DNA of 47,959 bases from the NCBI GenBank assembly GCA_013265495.1, contig MU058781.1, forward strand, positions 5,225,091 to 5,273,049, in the 5' to 3' direction. A model generated the notes under the pieces. It was not told the DNA's origin. It saw only the letters and a program-made list of their open reading frames with translations, and did no database searches. The DNA comes from Vicugna vicugna (Eukaryota). Shown here piece after piece: positions 34,600 through 46,324 of the stretch (position 1 is the first letter of the stretch; each line of letters opens with the position of its first letter). Both the position numbers and the translations under genes were made by a program.

Positions 34600-34800
34600 T
34601 GTAGGTTAAGCTTTTTTCACATGCATTAGCTCGTTTAATCCCCACAACAGCCCTTTAAGGGAATTGTTATTCTCCTCACATAACAGGACAGGAAACTAGG
34701 GTTTAGAAAGGTTACGTGACACCCAACATCACACCTCTTAGTGGTGTTAGAACCCAGAGTTGCATGATCTCAGAGAGCACCTACTCTTTACCACTGTCCC
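34600..34800 (-). mobile_element. MIR
   Basis: tttaatccccacaacagcc...ggaaactagggtttagaaaggttacgtgac. Confidence 0.8.
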
Positions 34801-35419
34801 TCACATTTTTTCTAGTACTAGTGATAACATAGTAAGAAGAAGAGTAACACGTTCAGGTAAATGCTGCATGATCATCTTCTTTGTCCTTCTCAAGTTTGGT
34901 AGGACCAACCATTTAACTTTGGAGCTAAAATGAATACAATCACTCAGGTATAAACTAGGGAAACTGAAGCAGCAAGAAAGGGCGTGCCTTTCTGAAGCTG
35001 ACGGTCAATCCCAGAGCTGGCAACCTGAACTCAAATGACCCTGACTGTGCCTGAGCTCCGTCTCCTGGCCTCTTCTCATTTGTTGTGTCTTCCTCTTTCA
35101 GGGATCACAGATTTCAAACCTTGGCTGGAGGCCCTGGGCTCACATGGTTGTAAAGAAGGAACGCATGCCTACTCTTGTCGAGGTCTTCTTTTGGCTCAGG
35201 TTCACAGGGAGGGTGACTTCCATCCCAGTTTTATAAGTTACAGTTTCCCAAAGAGAACAAAGTCACTGCACATCGTCTCCTTATATGGCCCTGCTGGGAC
35301 TCTTGGGTCACTCTGCCAGTCCCCACTCCAGCCTCCGTGATGGGACCAAACTGACACTGGAGACACCACAGTCCAGTACATCAAGGCCTCTGACTCATGA
35401 ATCCGTGTATCAGATGGGA

Positions 35420-35970
35420 CACCGCCTGCTTCAAGGAGAAGCAAAGGATCAGAAAGCCCAGACCCAATGGGCCTGAACAATAAGGGATTTTTTAAATCAA
35501 ATAAATCAAGCGGTCTGGACAGAAGCGCATCACAGTGATGATCAGTTAAGTGGCTCCATGATATGAGCAAGGACCTGTGTTCTTTCTGCTTTTCTGACCT
35601 GCCAATTTCAGTATGTCACTTAGTTCCCTTCATGGTTTCAGATAGCTGCTTAGTTCCAAGCCGCTCATCCTCACTTTGACCCATGTCCAGAGGCAGAAAT
35701 GGGGACAGCGGTAAAGAAGCTATTCCCAGGAATCACTCCCTGCTTACTGGCCAGAAAAGGGTCATATGTCATTTCCTAAGACCACCCCTAGTAAGGGAAT
35801 AAAATTACCATGATTGGTTTAATCGAATTAAGATTTATTCCCATAGAGGTGGGATGGGGCCAGCCTTCCTAGAAGTCTTATAGAGGAACGTGGATTCTTG
35901 GTGAACATCAGGGTTCTGACAGCAAGGAAGAACGGGCAATGGTGACTCTTTAGGCCTCTTGACATGCTAT
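35420..35970 (-). mobile_element. Old MaLR LTR (MLT1J-like)
   Basis: caaggacctgtgttctttctgcttttctg...cttactggccagaa...aattaccatgattggtt...tcagggttctgacagcaaggaaga. Confidence 0.7.
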
Positions 35971-36094
35971 CATACTGAAATCATTTTTAAACTAAAAAGT
36001 CAAGTATCTCTGCATTATGTAATTTGTCATTTGTCTTTACTCAATTATATCAAAATCCTCTGCCAGAAAATTAAGAAAATTATACTATTAAATT

Positions 36095-36850
36095 AAGAAA
36101 ACGATCAGCGCTGGCAGAAGTCTAGTGAAACACTCTTACTCATCATTGACAACACTATCAAGGACATTCAAGCTTTTGGAAATCCACTTGGTAATATGCA
36201 TTGAGATGCAAAAATATTTCTGTGACCCAGTAATTCTGATTCTGGGTAGCTCTACTAAGGAATCAATCCAAACCAAGGAAAAACTGTCAACATGAAGATA
36301 TTAATTACAATATTATTCAGAGTTAAAAAAAAATTGGCAGCAACTAACTGGGAGGTGCCATGGAGCCATGAAAAAGGCACTGACTTGGAACTGGGCAAAC
36401 TTGAATATAGACCTTTCTTTATCGCCTACGTGGGGTGGATGACTGCACTCTGAACTTGTGATAGTGATCATGTATTTGATGTGTGGATTGTTTGAGGATT
36501 AAAGAAAACGCATATAAAGCCCTATTTACATAGTAGCCACACGATAAATGGTGTGCACACACATACCATCTAAAACCAACGCAATCAAAGTTATCGCCTT
36601 TGCAGACTTATGCAGCCATTAAAATTTATATTAATTAAGCCTTTCAGCCAGCAGAGAAATTTGTTTATATAATAATAGAAAATAGGAAATTAGGATACAA
36701 AATGACTACCAATTCAAAAAATTCTATGTATTTAAAAAAGACACGTGCCAACATGCTAATAGGGTTATGTTAGGCTTAATAGGATGATGGATAATTTTTG
36801 CTCATTTTTTTCTGCATTCCCATATCCCACTTATAGTGGAATAACTTTTT
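36095..36850 (+). mobile_element. Ancient L1M fragments interrupted by a MIR (~36350-36555)
   Basis: ttctgtgacccagtaattctgattctggg and tatgcagccattaaaa are L1 ORF2-type; gtttgaggattaaagaaaacgcatataaagc is a MIR tail. Confidence 0.6.
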
Positions 36851-38169
36851 CTAAATGCAAACCTATAAACAGAGTTTAACTGAATAACTCTTTTATATTT
36901 CCTTCTTCCTTATTCCTTTCTATGAACACATCTGAGTAAAAGTCTTCCACCTTTTTTTGATGGTCTGGTCTGATTTATTCAAGATTGAGATTTGTTAACA
37001 GCTTTTCTGCATTAGTTGATATATTTTCTTGTTTTTTTTTTTTTAAGGAAAGTGTTCTACCATTCCCCCCTCTCACTAGCTTTCTTTATGCACACTGGCC
37101 TCATGTTGTTCATGTAGTTTTCCCTCCCCCGACATTCCTCTGTCAATATTTTCTGTAGGCTTTTCACTGGTTTTCCATACCTGTTTTGTCTTTTAAATTG
37201 TCTCGCATTGATTCTACTTCTCACCGCTTTCTTCATGTCTTTCTTCCCACAATGGCCCATCAATCACGCCCATCTTGAAGGCTGAGAAGGGCTTTCTGTT
37301 CATTAATTACTTGGCTTATCTTCACCTGTTCTCCTCCTGTCTAAAAAATGACTCATCTCCACACACCGTTTGCAAGGATATCAAGACAAGCTCAGATGGA
37401 TGGGAAAACTGAAGAACAAGGTTAGAAAGCAAAGAGCAAGTTCAGGACGCAAGGACCAACGGAAGTTGAACAGCTTCAAGGTCATGCCATAGAAACAGCC
37501 TGGTTAGGACACCACAGCTGGTGCAGCACCTAATGTCATGGCTGAACACTGTCACTGAAAGCGGAATTCACTCTGCCCCTGCGTTTTATGTGCTCAGCTG
37601 AGAACCACAGTCTGGGGCTGGAGCATCAGAAGAGCTGCCCCAAGGTCAAGTGTCCACACCCTCACTGCTGTAAGTGGGGAGAAGGGTGGGAGATGTGGTT
37701 GCCAAGACTATACAAAGGCTGGGGTGGGGTGGCATCCCCTGCATAGGAAGAAAGTTCAGCTCCTGGGCAAAAAGTAAATTAGTAGACAGAACCGGCGTCC
37801 TCTGCACCTCTTAGAATCCTCAGGCATAAGACCTATGCTCTGACTTTATACTGTTACTCTCCGGTAGACAACTTCTTTCCAGCAGAATTCGCTTCTGCAG
37901 CACTCTCTGCCTCTTCATGAGCAATTCTCTAGCTCTGGTATTGTATTATAGATAAGATGATATCTCTCACCGTCTCCTTATTGTGTTGACCTTGCTTCAC
38001 AGAGGGTTTTGATTTTATATTTCTCCACAAAAGCAGCTCTTTCTACAATGGCTTCTCCTATGCCTGGTTCTTAACAACTATGTCCCCTAGCCCTTTCCTC
38101 CCCGCAACGCCAACACGCACATCACACAGCACACATGTTAACTATTTTAACAGTCAACTGAATGTTATT

Positions 38170-38280
38170 GTTTTCCCATTAAACTATAACCTCCTTAAGG
38201 ATGGATACTGTCTCTCAATGTCTTTATCCTCACACATATAATGCATTTAATAAATGCCAGATGAATGAATGAATGTCAGT
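38170..38280 (+). mobile_element. L2 3' tail
   Basis: actataacctccttaaggatgg...taataaatgccagatgaatgaatgaatg. Confidence 0.7.
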
Positions 38281-39349
38281 TCCCTCTGTATCTTTTGTAC
38301 GATGTTTTAAGATAGACATATATCCCATATTTTCCGGACTGATCAGGAAGGCAATTTTTTTCTTTTCAGTTAAGAATACTCATTAAACTAACTAGATATG
38401 ATTCATTTTTGTACCACTGTAAAACTTTCTTTACAATACCTTCTGAAATCACAGACGAGTCTTTGTCAAGCCACATCCCAATTTTGGTTCAGGAAAAGGT
38501 AATTCCTGTACTTACTATCCACACTGTGATACAATTCTTGAAATGCTATAAAAAAGAAGAAAGGCATCTCAGTGAAATTTCTTCTCACAAAGATCAAAAT
38601 CAACCCTCAAATGAAAATTTCTGGAGTCTTACGTATCTGTCTCTTTGCAACTTTTCTATTTTCAAACACAAATGCAAGGAGTGGGGTAAAGATTTTAGCT
38701 TATGCTGAGGCCAGGTTCACTATTGGGGTCTGGCTTCTCTGCTGACTGTCGGGCAGTTTCCCCAGTGGGCATCCTTTTATGGGGCTGCCATTCAATTTCT
38801 GCCAAAAGCTGAGTTGAGAAAAATCATGCCTGTGTGCTTTGTCCTGAAGGATGTGTACTCTGGCCATCCTGCAGCCAGACAATTCTCACCCTATCAGAAC
38901 ATCTTTTTAGAACAAAGCTTCATACTGACTCCTTTTGCTATTCTAAAGTGAAGTTCTTATGAAACATATGCTATCTATGCATACAATTGTTAAGAATGTC
39001 ACTATGCTATTTTAACTAGAATATAAAGAAGACATCAGAGGAGATCAAGTTATAATACAACATGGTATATTTCAACAAGAAGTATTAAATGCTGGCACAA
39101 CCACTCTAGAAGGCAAAAGGCAGCAGTCAGATGCTTCACCTGTGGTAGCTATCCGTGCAGGTTGGCAGAGGTGTGTTGTATATGGTGAATAACTTTTGGT
39201 TAAATTGCAAGAAAAGCTGAGAGCTTCTCTTGATGCATATAGAAGGTGCATTCCTGGAAAATTTACTGATTAAAAATGGCACCAAAAATTATTTTGGGCT
39301 TATATGCAAGTGGAGTAAGGGACTGCACTAAAAATATTAGAAACTTTCC

Positions 39350-40690
39350 CCCCAACTTTTTGTTATGAAAAATTTCATACATATAAAAGAGTTGAAAGAA
39401 TAGCAAAATGGATCCTGGTATATGCCCTCCACCAAAATCCAATCCTTTTTTTTTTTTTCCCAGAATCATTGGAAAGTGTTTGCAGATACTACACTTTACT
39501 TCAGTATGCAGCTTCTAAGAATGAGAACATTTCCTTACATAGGCACAATACTGCTATAGTGCCCAAGAAAACTGACAGTAATTTCATAACATTACCTAAC
39601 ATCTAGTCCATGTGCAAACTTCTCCAATTGGCCCAACCATTACTTTCAGAATTGTGATCTTTAAAAATCAGGATTCAGTCAAGATTCATCTATTGTTTTT
39701 GTTTACTAACTAGTCTCTCTTAATCCAGAACAATCCTTCCATCCTTCTTTTTTCCCCTGACATTGCTTTTTTGGGGGAAGAATCCAAGCCAGTTGTCTTG
39801 CACCACATTCTGACTCCTGTAGCTTCTTGACATGTCTGTCATTCATCTTTGAATGCTTTTCCCTCCTTAGAATTGGAATTATCTGTTTTTCCAAGGCTAA
39901 TTTCTTTTAGTGGGGGATGTATTCAAAAACCAAAGTCTGGGAACTAGGTGTGCTCATTATTATGAGGGTGTCTCTTTCAGGGGACAGAGTCAGGGCTGGA
40001 TAGGTATTTTTTTTGTAATTGAGATCCTATGCTATTTCTAATCCAAAAGAAGCATTACAGGGATTTCCTCTTTATATATTTGTATCTCTTTTCTTAGACT
40101 TAACATTTTGGTTTCTAATAACTTTATTCACTTATTTGCTTTCTTCTACAATGTATAAAAATACTTCAAAAATACAGTACCAATAGTACCACTGACAATA
40201 AACCTTTTGAAGTTTAAGATTCCTTTACCGTTAATTTTGTCCTTACAGTGTATCCCCCTAAGAATGAACTGTCAGGGAATCATGTTCAAAAGTTATTGGA
40301 AATAATTCTCTTTGGCATTATCTTTACGTTATGGTGATGGTTAGGTTCATTTGTTTCTGTTCGCATTTAATTTTAATTTTTTTCTTTTGACACTCCATGT
40401 CACTCTTCCTCATTCTTTTTTACGGTTGTATCAACACTATCATATAGATGTCCCTTAGCTGATTCAACTAATTCCCTATTTACAGGCACTTTTATTGTTT
40501 CCAATCTTTTTATTAGTAGTAGTAGTACAGTTAACGCTGCAATAAAGAACCTTGTGCACATATTGTTTCATATTTGTGGAGGTATAACTTGAGAGTAGGG
40601 TTAAACATTTAGAATTTTAGATATTGCCAAATTTTCCTCCATAGAAGTTTCACCGTTTTGCCTTCCCACCAGTTATGAGAACATGTCATA
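39350..40690 (-). mobile_element. Ancient L1 (L1MC/L1ME-like) 3' region
   Basis: ttttgttatgaaaaatttcatacatataaaagagttgaaagaatag...gctgcaataaagaaccttgtgcac...aaattttcctccatagaag. Confidence 0.75.
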
Positions 40691-42079
40691 ACAAGTTTTT
40701 CATCTACACAAACATCCAACATTATATTTAAAAAGTCACAGAGGACCTGGGACAGTTTTTTTGTTGCCTCTTGCCCACTGCAGGATGTCCAGGATAACTG
40801 CTGGGAGCCACCCTCACCTTGTGGCCAACCATAACTCCAGCATAAATGTCAAAAATGCCCCGGTAAGAACTTTGCTCTAGATTACTCTAGAAATTACCTT
40901 TGGGATTAAGAGAGACCTTTGGAGAGCTGTGTATCTGGGCTGGTGCTCTGCTTCCTGAGTGGCTGCTTTTACTGCGTGGCTTTTGGATTTTGCTGTTTGC
41001 CCACATGGAAGGACATGATGTGAAGCGGCCCTGTGAAGCTGCTCATTAGAACTTCTACAGGGAGGCTCTTGCTCCCAACAGCCCCCAGAGCTCTCCTCCC
41101 TAAGTGCTTGGGGAAAATGTTTCTTTTGTACTCATCCCAGGAGGAGTTCTATTTCCCTAGCCATTGTCCTCTGAAAACAGTGAGTCACAAACTGGAGCCT
41201 GTCCTCTTGTCGGTACTAGGGGCTGGACCACTACGAGACCAAGGAGAGATACCCTTCACCTCCCAGCAGTCACCTTTGTCTGTCCAAACATCACCTCTCT
41301 CCAGGTACGCTGTGGCCCTCCCAGACACAAGTGCCAGTGAGTTGACTTTGTGGCCTCCGTAGCTAAGTACTGGCTACAGAAAGCAAACCAGCTCTGCAAG
41401 CTACATGGTCTAACAGAGGAGAATGTCAGAAACCCATGTTGGTACAGACCTTAGCTGACTTACAGACCTCTGGTTTTCTTTTCGAACTTGAGGTTTCATA
41501 ATTTTCTCGTAATTTTTTTCCCTATATGCTTGAAAGTATTTTATTCTCAAAGAACATTCAACTCATTTATTTTCCAAAATAACGGGAGGAACTTGCCATG
41601 CAAGCAATAAAAAACGTTTTCTGAAAACGAATAATCCTGGTACTGTTTCTAGGACAACCAGAAGGATAAAATAAAATCATAAAACAGCAGCGGGGACAAT
41701 GGAGTTTGTGTAATTTTTGAAAGAACCAGTAACTTTAAAAATTACAGATTAAAAACTGATATTTGGCAGTTAAGATCTCAATAATTCAGATCATATTTAG
41801 ATAAGTGCCCTTGGCAATTTATTGTTGCCAGTTCGATGTTGACAGGTGTCGTCCAAGCATAAAATGGAATGCTATAGAAAAAGAATGTAATATCCTCTTT
41901 TTCCAAGTTTAATTCAGTGTCTCCTGAAATAGCAGGTTGTGTCAGAGTTTATGTACAGGCTACAAAGTGTGTTAGAGAATTACCACGTGTGTAACCCTTA
42001 AAATGTTCTTCCTGAAGTATTTTATGAGAGAAGCATTATTAATGTTATTTTGCTAGCAGGATTCTTAAAACACATAAAC

Positions 42080-42255
42080 ACAATAATTAAATGGGATATG
42101 TAGTAGATGGTTCTGGAGTTGATTTTTGAAAACTAGTAACTTATCAATAGTTTACATCAGGCAAAAAAAAAGGTAATGAGTATCAAATCACCACACTGTA
42201 CACTTTACACTTGCATGACATTACACCTTATATCTCAATAAAGCTGGAAAAAAGT
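42080..42255 (+). mobile_element. Old L1 3' tail
   Basis: tcaccacactgtacacttt...ttatatctcaataaagctggaaaaaa. Confidence 0.7.
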
Positions 42256-42338
42256 AGTGGTCCATTAAAAATGAACAGAATTCTTTCTCACATCTAGAAG
42301 TAAGTTTCACGCACAAACTAAATATTTTCTTTTATATG

Positions 42339-43130
42339 TGTCAAGGTTACGGGATAAGCTCAGCAGAGCACAAGCAGAAAATTGCTTTATTGTTTTCCAC
42401 CTCTGCCTCTTCCAACGGGACTGGCTCCTCCCCGCTCCTGAATACAATCTTGGGTGGGTCCTAGAACTTTTCCAGTCATTTTTCATAATCATAAAAAGTG
42501 CACTGGTCACATTCAGGGAAGAAGTCCAGTGTCTGCAAAGTCCCATACAGTCAATCTCCTGTTCCAGCCCGACCTGCCTAGAGTTACAAGGGGTGGGGCG
42601 GGGTCAGCTGCTCCACTTCCACTCCCTCCTGCTCGTTCCCCATCACGGGACAGCCTCGGCTCCTCCGGGCCGCTTGCCTCCTATGGTTGCAGTACAATGT
42701 TGGACTCCTGGGTGGCACGGAATCCACCCTCCCGATTTCCCTCCTGCTGGCGCCTGAGCGGTTCTTTTGGAGGCGTTTTTCTCGCCAGGAACCTCTCATC
42801 TTTGCCTCCTCCACTGGCGGCTGATGAGCTGCCCTCGGTGCCTGCTTTCTGCCGGTCCACACTCTCCGGTGGTCACCTGGCCAGTCCAGGCACGCTCCTG
42901 GGAGGAGGTCCTCTCCAGGTGACCCAGCCTGGCTTCCTTCTGTGGCGTCCATCTCTGCCCTGTAGGATCTCAGACGTCCCGGGCTCAGTTTGGAAATGCA
43001 GGCCACTTACCGCCAGCCACCTCCTCTCCTAGGCAGGCTTCAAGCACTAGACCCCGTGTTTCTCCAATTCCAGGAATGAAAGGCGCTCTCAGAGAGGTTC
43101 ACTGGAGCCCTCTCATATCAGCAATTTACA
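42339..43130 (-). other. CpG-rich LTR-like unit of unassigned family
   Basis: Minus strand: starts TGTAAA, internal GCG|GTAAGT, AATAAA at 42391-42386, ends CCTTGACA; no target-site duplication found. Confidence 0.35.
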
Positions 43131-44631
43131 CTCAAATGACTCAGGGGAGAAGTTTTTATATTATACTGGTAATGTTTCTGTCCATTTGAAATTATTCCAA
43201 AACTTTAAAATAATCATGTTAGATACAATACACGCATAAATAAATATTCTAAAAACATAATGAGGCTATATGTCATATGCAAAGCCTATAACCTGGCTTT
43301 TTTACTTTATAGTTTATTAGTGACACTATATTAATATATGCGATATGTATAATCGTTTGTAAAGCACCTGCAGTTCCTTGTAGGTAGATACCATAATTTA
43401 ACTAACCAAGCTTCTCTTCTTGTACTTTTAGATCATTTATATTCTTTTAATATAATAAATTGTGCTACAATGAAAAAATAGATTTGGACAAAGATACCAT
43501 TGTTGCGCATAATGAAATTCAGGGGTCTGGCTTCTCTGCTGAACTGTAAGGAGGCTCTTAGCTTATTGTCAGTTATGGACTATTACTCCATGAAAGCCAG
43601 AAAGAATTGATTTTTCCCCACTTCAGAGTTCTTTCTGACTAGCTCACTACCCTTGGAAGTGACATCTCGGCGTTGTGAGTTTTCTCCCGCTTAAAAATCT
43701 AAAACAAAATTCCTTTCAACAGTGTCAGAGTGCATTAGATCCAGAATACAGCCATTGGGTTCATGATCAGAACGTTGCCAGCGCCACTGGGTTATAATGA
43801 GGAGACGGAAGTGATGATAAATGTGGGTATTCAAGGCATTAAAGGGAAGTATGCTGATTGGCCAAGTCTTTTAAAATATATCGTTTAATGTTTTAGTAGA
43901 ATTCTATCAAACACCCTGAGATGTTGGGTCCCAGAAGAGCCGACAGTGATACCCAACACTTATATGGTGGCTTATGGGTTTCAAAGCCTTTTACTTTTAT
44001 TGTCTAATCTGATCCTTGCAAACTCCCTGAGGGGCGATCATATGAACATCCTCATGTCGTTGATCAAGGAAGTGAGAATGGGAGTTGAACTTATGCTCAA
44101 AATCACAATGACAGGAAGAGGCAGAGCTGGGACTGCAGCTTAGGATTTCTCACCATTTGCCCAAGGTTCCTGGGTGCCCAGTGCTCCCACCCACAGGCTG
44201 CCCCACCCTCCTCTTCCACCTGGTGCTTCCACCCACCCAGTTTTTCAACAGACTCTTTCTTTTTTCTTTTTTAAAAATCACCCCTCACAGCCTATGTATC
44301 ATCACATCCTGCCCATTGTACTGCCAAAACATATCCCAAATCTATTTTATTCTCTCCACCTCCACCGCATGCGTCCCTGTCCAAGCCAGCAGCACTGCTC
44401 ACCCAGATGAGGGCAACAGCTGCCCAGCTGGACTCTGCTTCCACTTCTACATCCCATGGTCTGTTCACCACATGGCAGTCAAGTGACTTACTTAAAACAG
44501 ACATCAAATTCTATTCCTTCCCTGCTCAAAAACCTTTCATTGCCCTCTGAAAAAACTCTGGCCACTCTTTACCCTGGCCACGCATACACACAAAGCCTCA
44601 CACAACCTGATCTCTATCTGTCTCTGACCTT

Positions 44632-44800
44632 TTGCCCACCCCCCTCCCTCATCTTCTCCATCTCCCTTTGTCTTTCCCATCTTCCACCTCCTCCCCATCT
44701 CCCTTTCCCACCTCCTCCCCCATCTCCCATCTCCTCCCTCACCTCCATCCCCATAGCCCCCCTCCTCCCCCATCTCCCTCTGTCTGTCATCATCTCCCGT
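44632..44800. repeat. Polypyrimidine (C/T) tract with three cctcctcccc(c)atctccc units
   Basis: Units at 44687-44703, 44711-44728 and 44761-44778. Confidence 0.9.
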
Positions 44801-45074
44801 CTGCTCCATGTGCTCTAGCCACAGTTAGCTTTCTCTGTTACTAGAACATACCAAGCTCACTCCTGTTTCGCAACCCGTAGCGCTCTGGCCCCACTTCTTC
44901 CTCTGGCTCTTTCTCATCATCCATGTCTCCCCTGGATGGTCTCTTCTTTAGAGAATTCCTCTCTGAGCAGCACCTTATCCAGAGGAGACCCCATCACACT
45001 TTGTTACATTGCCCTTTGTAGCTCATCATGGCACTGACTTTGTTTATTGGTTTATTGTCTATTTTGATTAGCTA

Positions 45075-45270
45075 AATACAGTCCCGTTTATTTAATAAGC
45101 ATTCTGTTAATTACTACGAGTCTGGCATTATGCTAAGTGTTTTAGGAATATTAACTCATTTAACCCTCATAGTGACATTTATTTGTGCTTCTCAAATGAG
45201 GAAATGGAGGCACAGAAACTTCCTTAAGTTCACCCAGCTCGTCAGTGGCAAAGCAGTTTGGTTTGAGATC
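45075..45270 (-). mobile_element. MIR nested in L2
   Basis: ttaactcatttaaccctcatag...gaggaaatggaggcacagaa. Confidence 0.8.
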
Positions 45271-45388
45271 TTTGCTCTTGGAAGGGGGTCTTGTCATCAT
45301 GTTTAACTGTAAATGCCCATCACATAGAACGGTGCGTGGCTCAGGTAGGCATTCAATAAATATTTGTTGAATGACTGAAAGACTTCCT

Positions 45389-45404
45389 GGTTTCCATGGA
45401 AACC
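45389..45404. promoter_or_regulatory. Perfect palindromic RFX X-box-like motif
   Basis: GGTTTCCATGGAAACC. Confidence 0.45.
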
Positions 45405-45813
45405 CTGACACTGGATCTCCATGAGCTCGTCCCGGGTAAATCCCCATTATCTGCCTGATCCTTAGACCCTTGGTATTTATTCAAGAACTGGACTAGTTAA
45501 CACTTTCTGAAATATTTCAACGTCAGCTACAGCCAGAGTAATGTTTGAAACAAAAGCTATCATCTGCCTGAAATCTGTACAATGACAACTAACATTCATG
45601 TGGTGATGTATAATTTCTACAGTGCTTTCCACAGGCATCTTCTCATTAATAGCAGTTAAAAAAAATAAAAAACACCATTCCAAACCCCTTCAGGAGATTA
45701 GACGAGGCTGAAGCAGTCATTCTTACTAGCGCAGAGGGTTAATGTAATAGCTTTTCACCTGCAGTCAAATTCAGACGAGAGCAGCCACGTGCTATGCATT
45801 GGCCTGTGTCAGT

Positions 45814-45833
45814 AATGTTCCCTAGGGAACATT
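45814..45833. promoter_or_regulatory. 20-bp palindrome with an EBF/COE core
   Basis: AATGTTCCCTAGGGAACATT contains TCCCNNGGGA. Confidence 0.4.
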
Positions 45834-46324
45834 TATCTGAATTAGTAAGACTAATTTTGAGTTGGCAGAGTTACAGCTTACTGAGAATGTCCAGTTATGA
45901 GTGGACATAGGAGGAGTTAGATATAGCAGGGCCAGGTAGAGCCAAATTTATTAACTAATGGTGTTTAAAAAAAAACACCTTCAGCTTTGTACATTTCTCT
46001 CCTAGCGTTCACAGAGCACTCCCATCACTACACTGCTGCCGACCAACCGGATCATTTTCCTTATTTCCCTTAGGCCTGCCCTCTCCTAGTCTGCCCACGC
46101 TCTGACCATTTCTAGGTGTGTCCCTGCCTTTAACACTTACCTGTCCTGTGTCCTGTTACCTTGTGGATGCACTGAGTGAGTAGCTAGCTCTGATAACGAT
46201 CATCTCCAGACTTTACCTGATAGTTACTTGCCCCTCGATTTCTTCAGTCCACAGTGCTTTCCTTGTTGCCTTACTGTCACCGTCTTCCTCACTGCATTAC
46301 AGGTGACACGGAGCTAGTCTCGCG

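Larger units (their letters stand above)
44200..45378 (+). mobile_element. L2 3' region, interrupted by a CT-rich tract and a MIR
   Basis: attccttccctgctcaaaaacctttcattg...aggtaggcattcaataaatatttgttgaatgactgaa. Confidence 0.8.

Noticed and set aside
42690-42860. Minus-strand RKTPPKEP resembling HMGA1 RKQPPKEP
   Set aside because: No AT-hook (RGRP) motifs and no nucleotide similarity beyond the short match
6977-43143. Enrichment of AP-1 sites (nine TGASTCA seen)
   Set aside because: About six are expected by chance in 48 kb; only the duplicated pair in MER21 is reported
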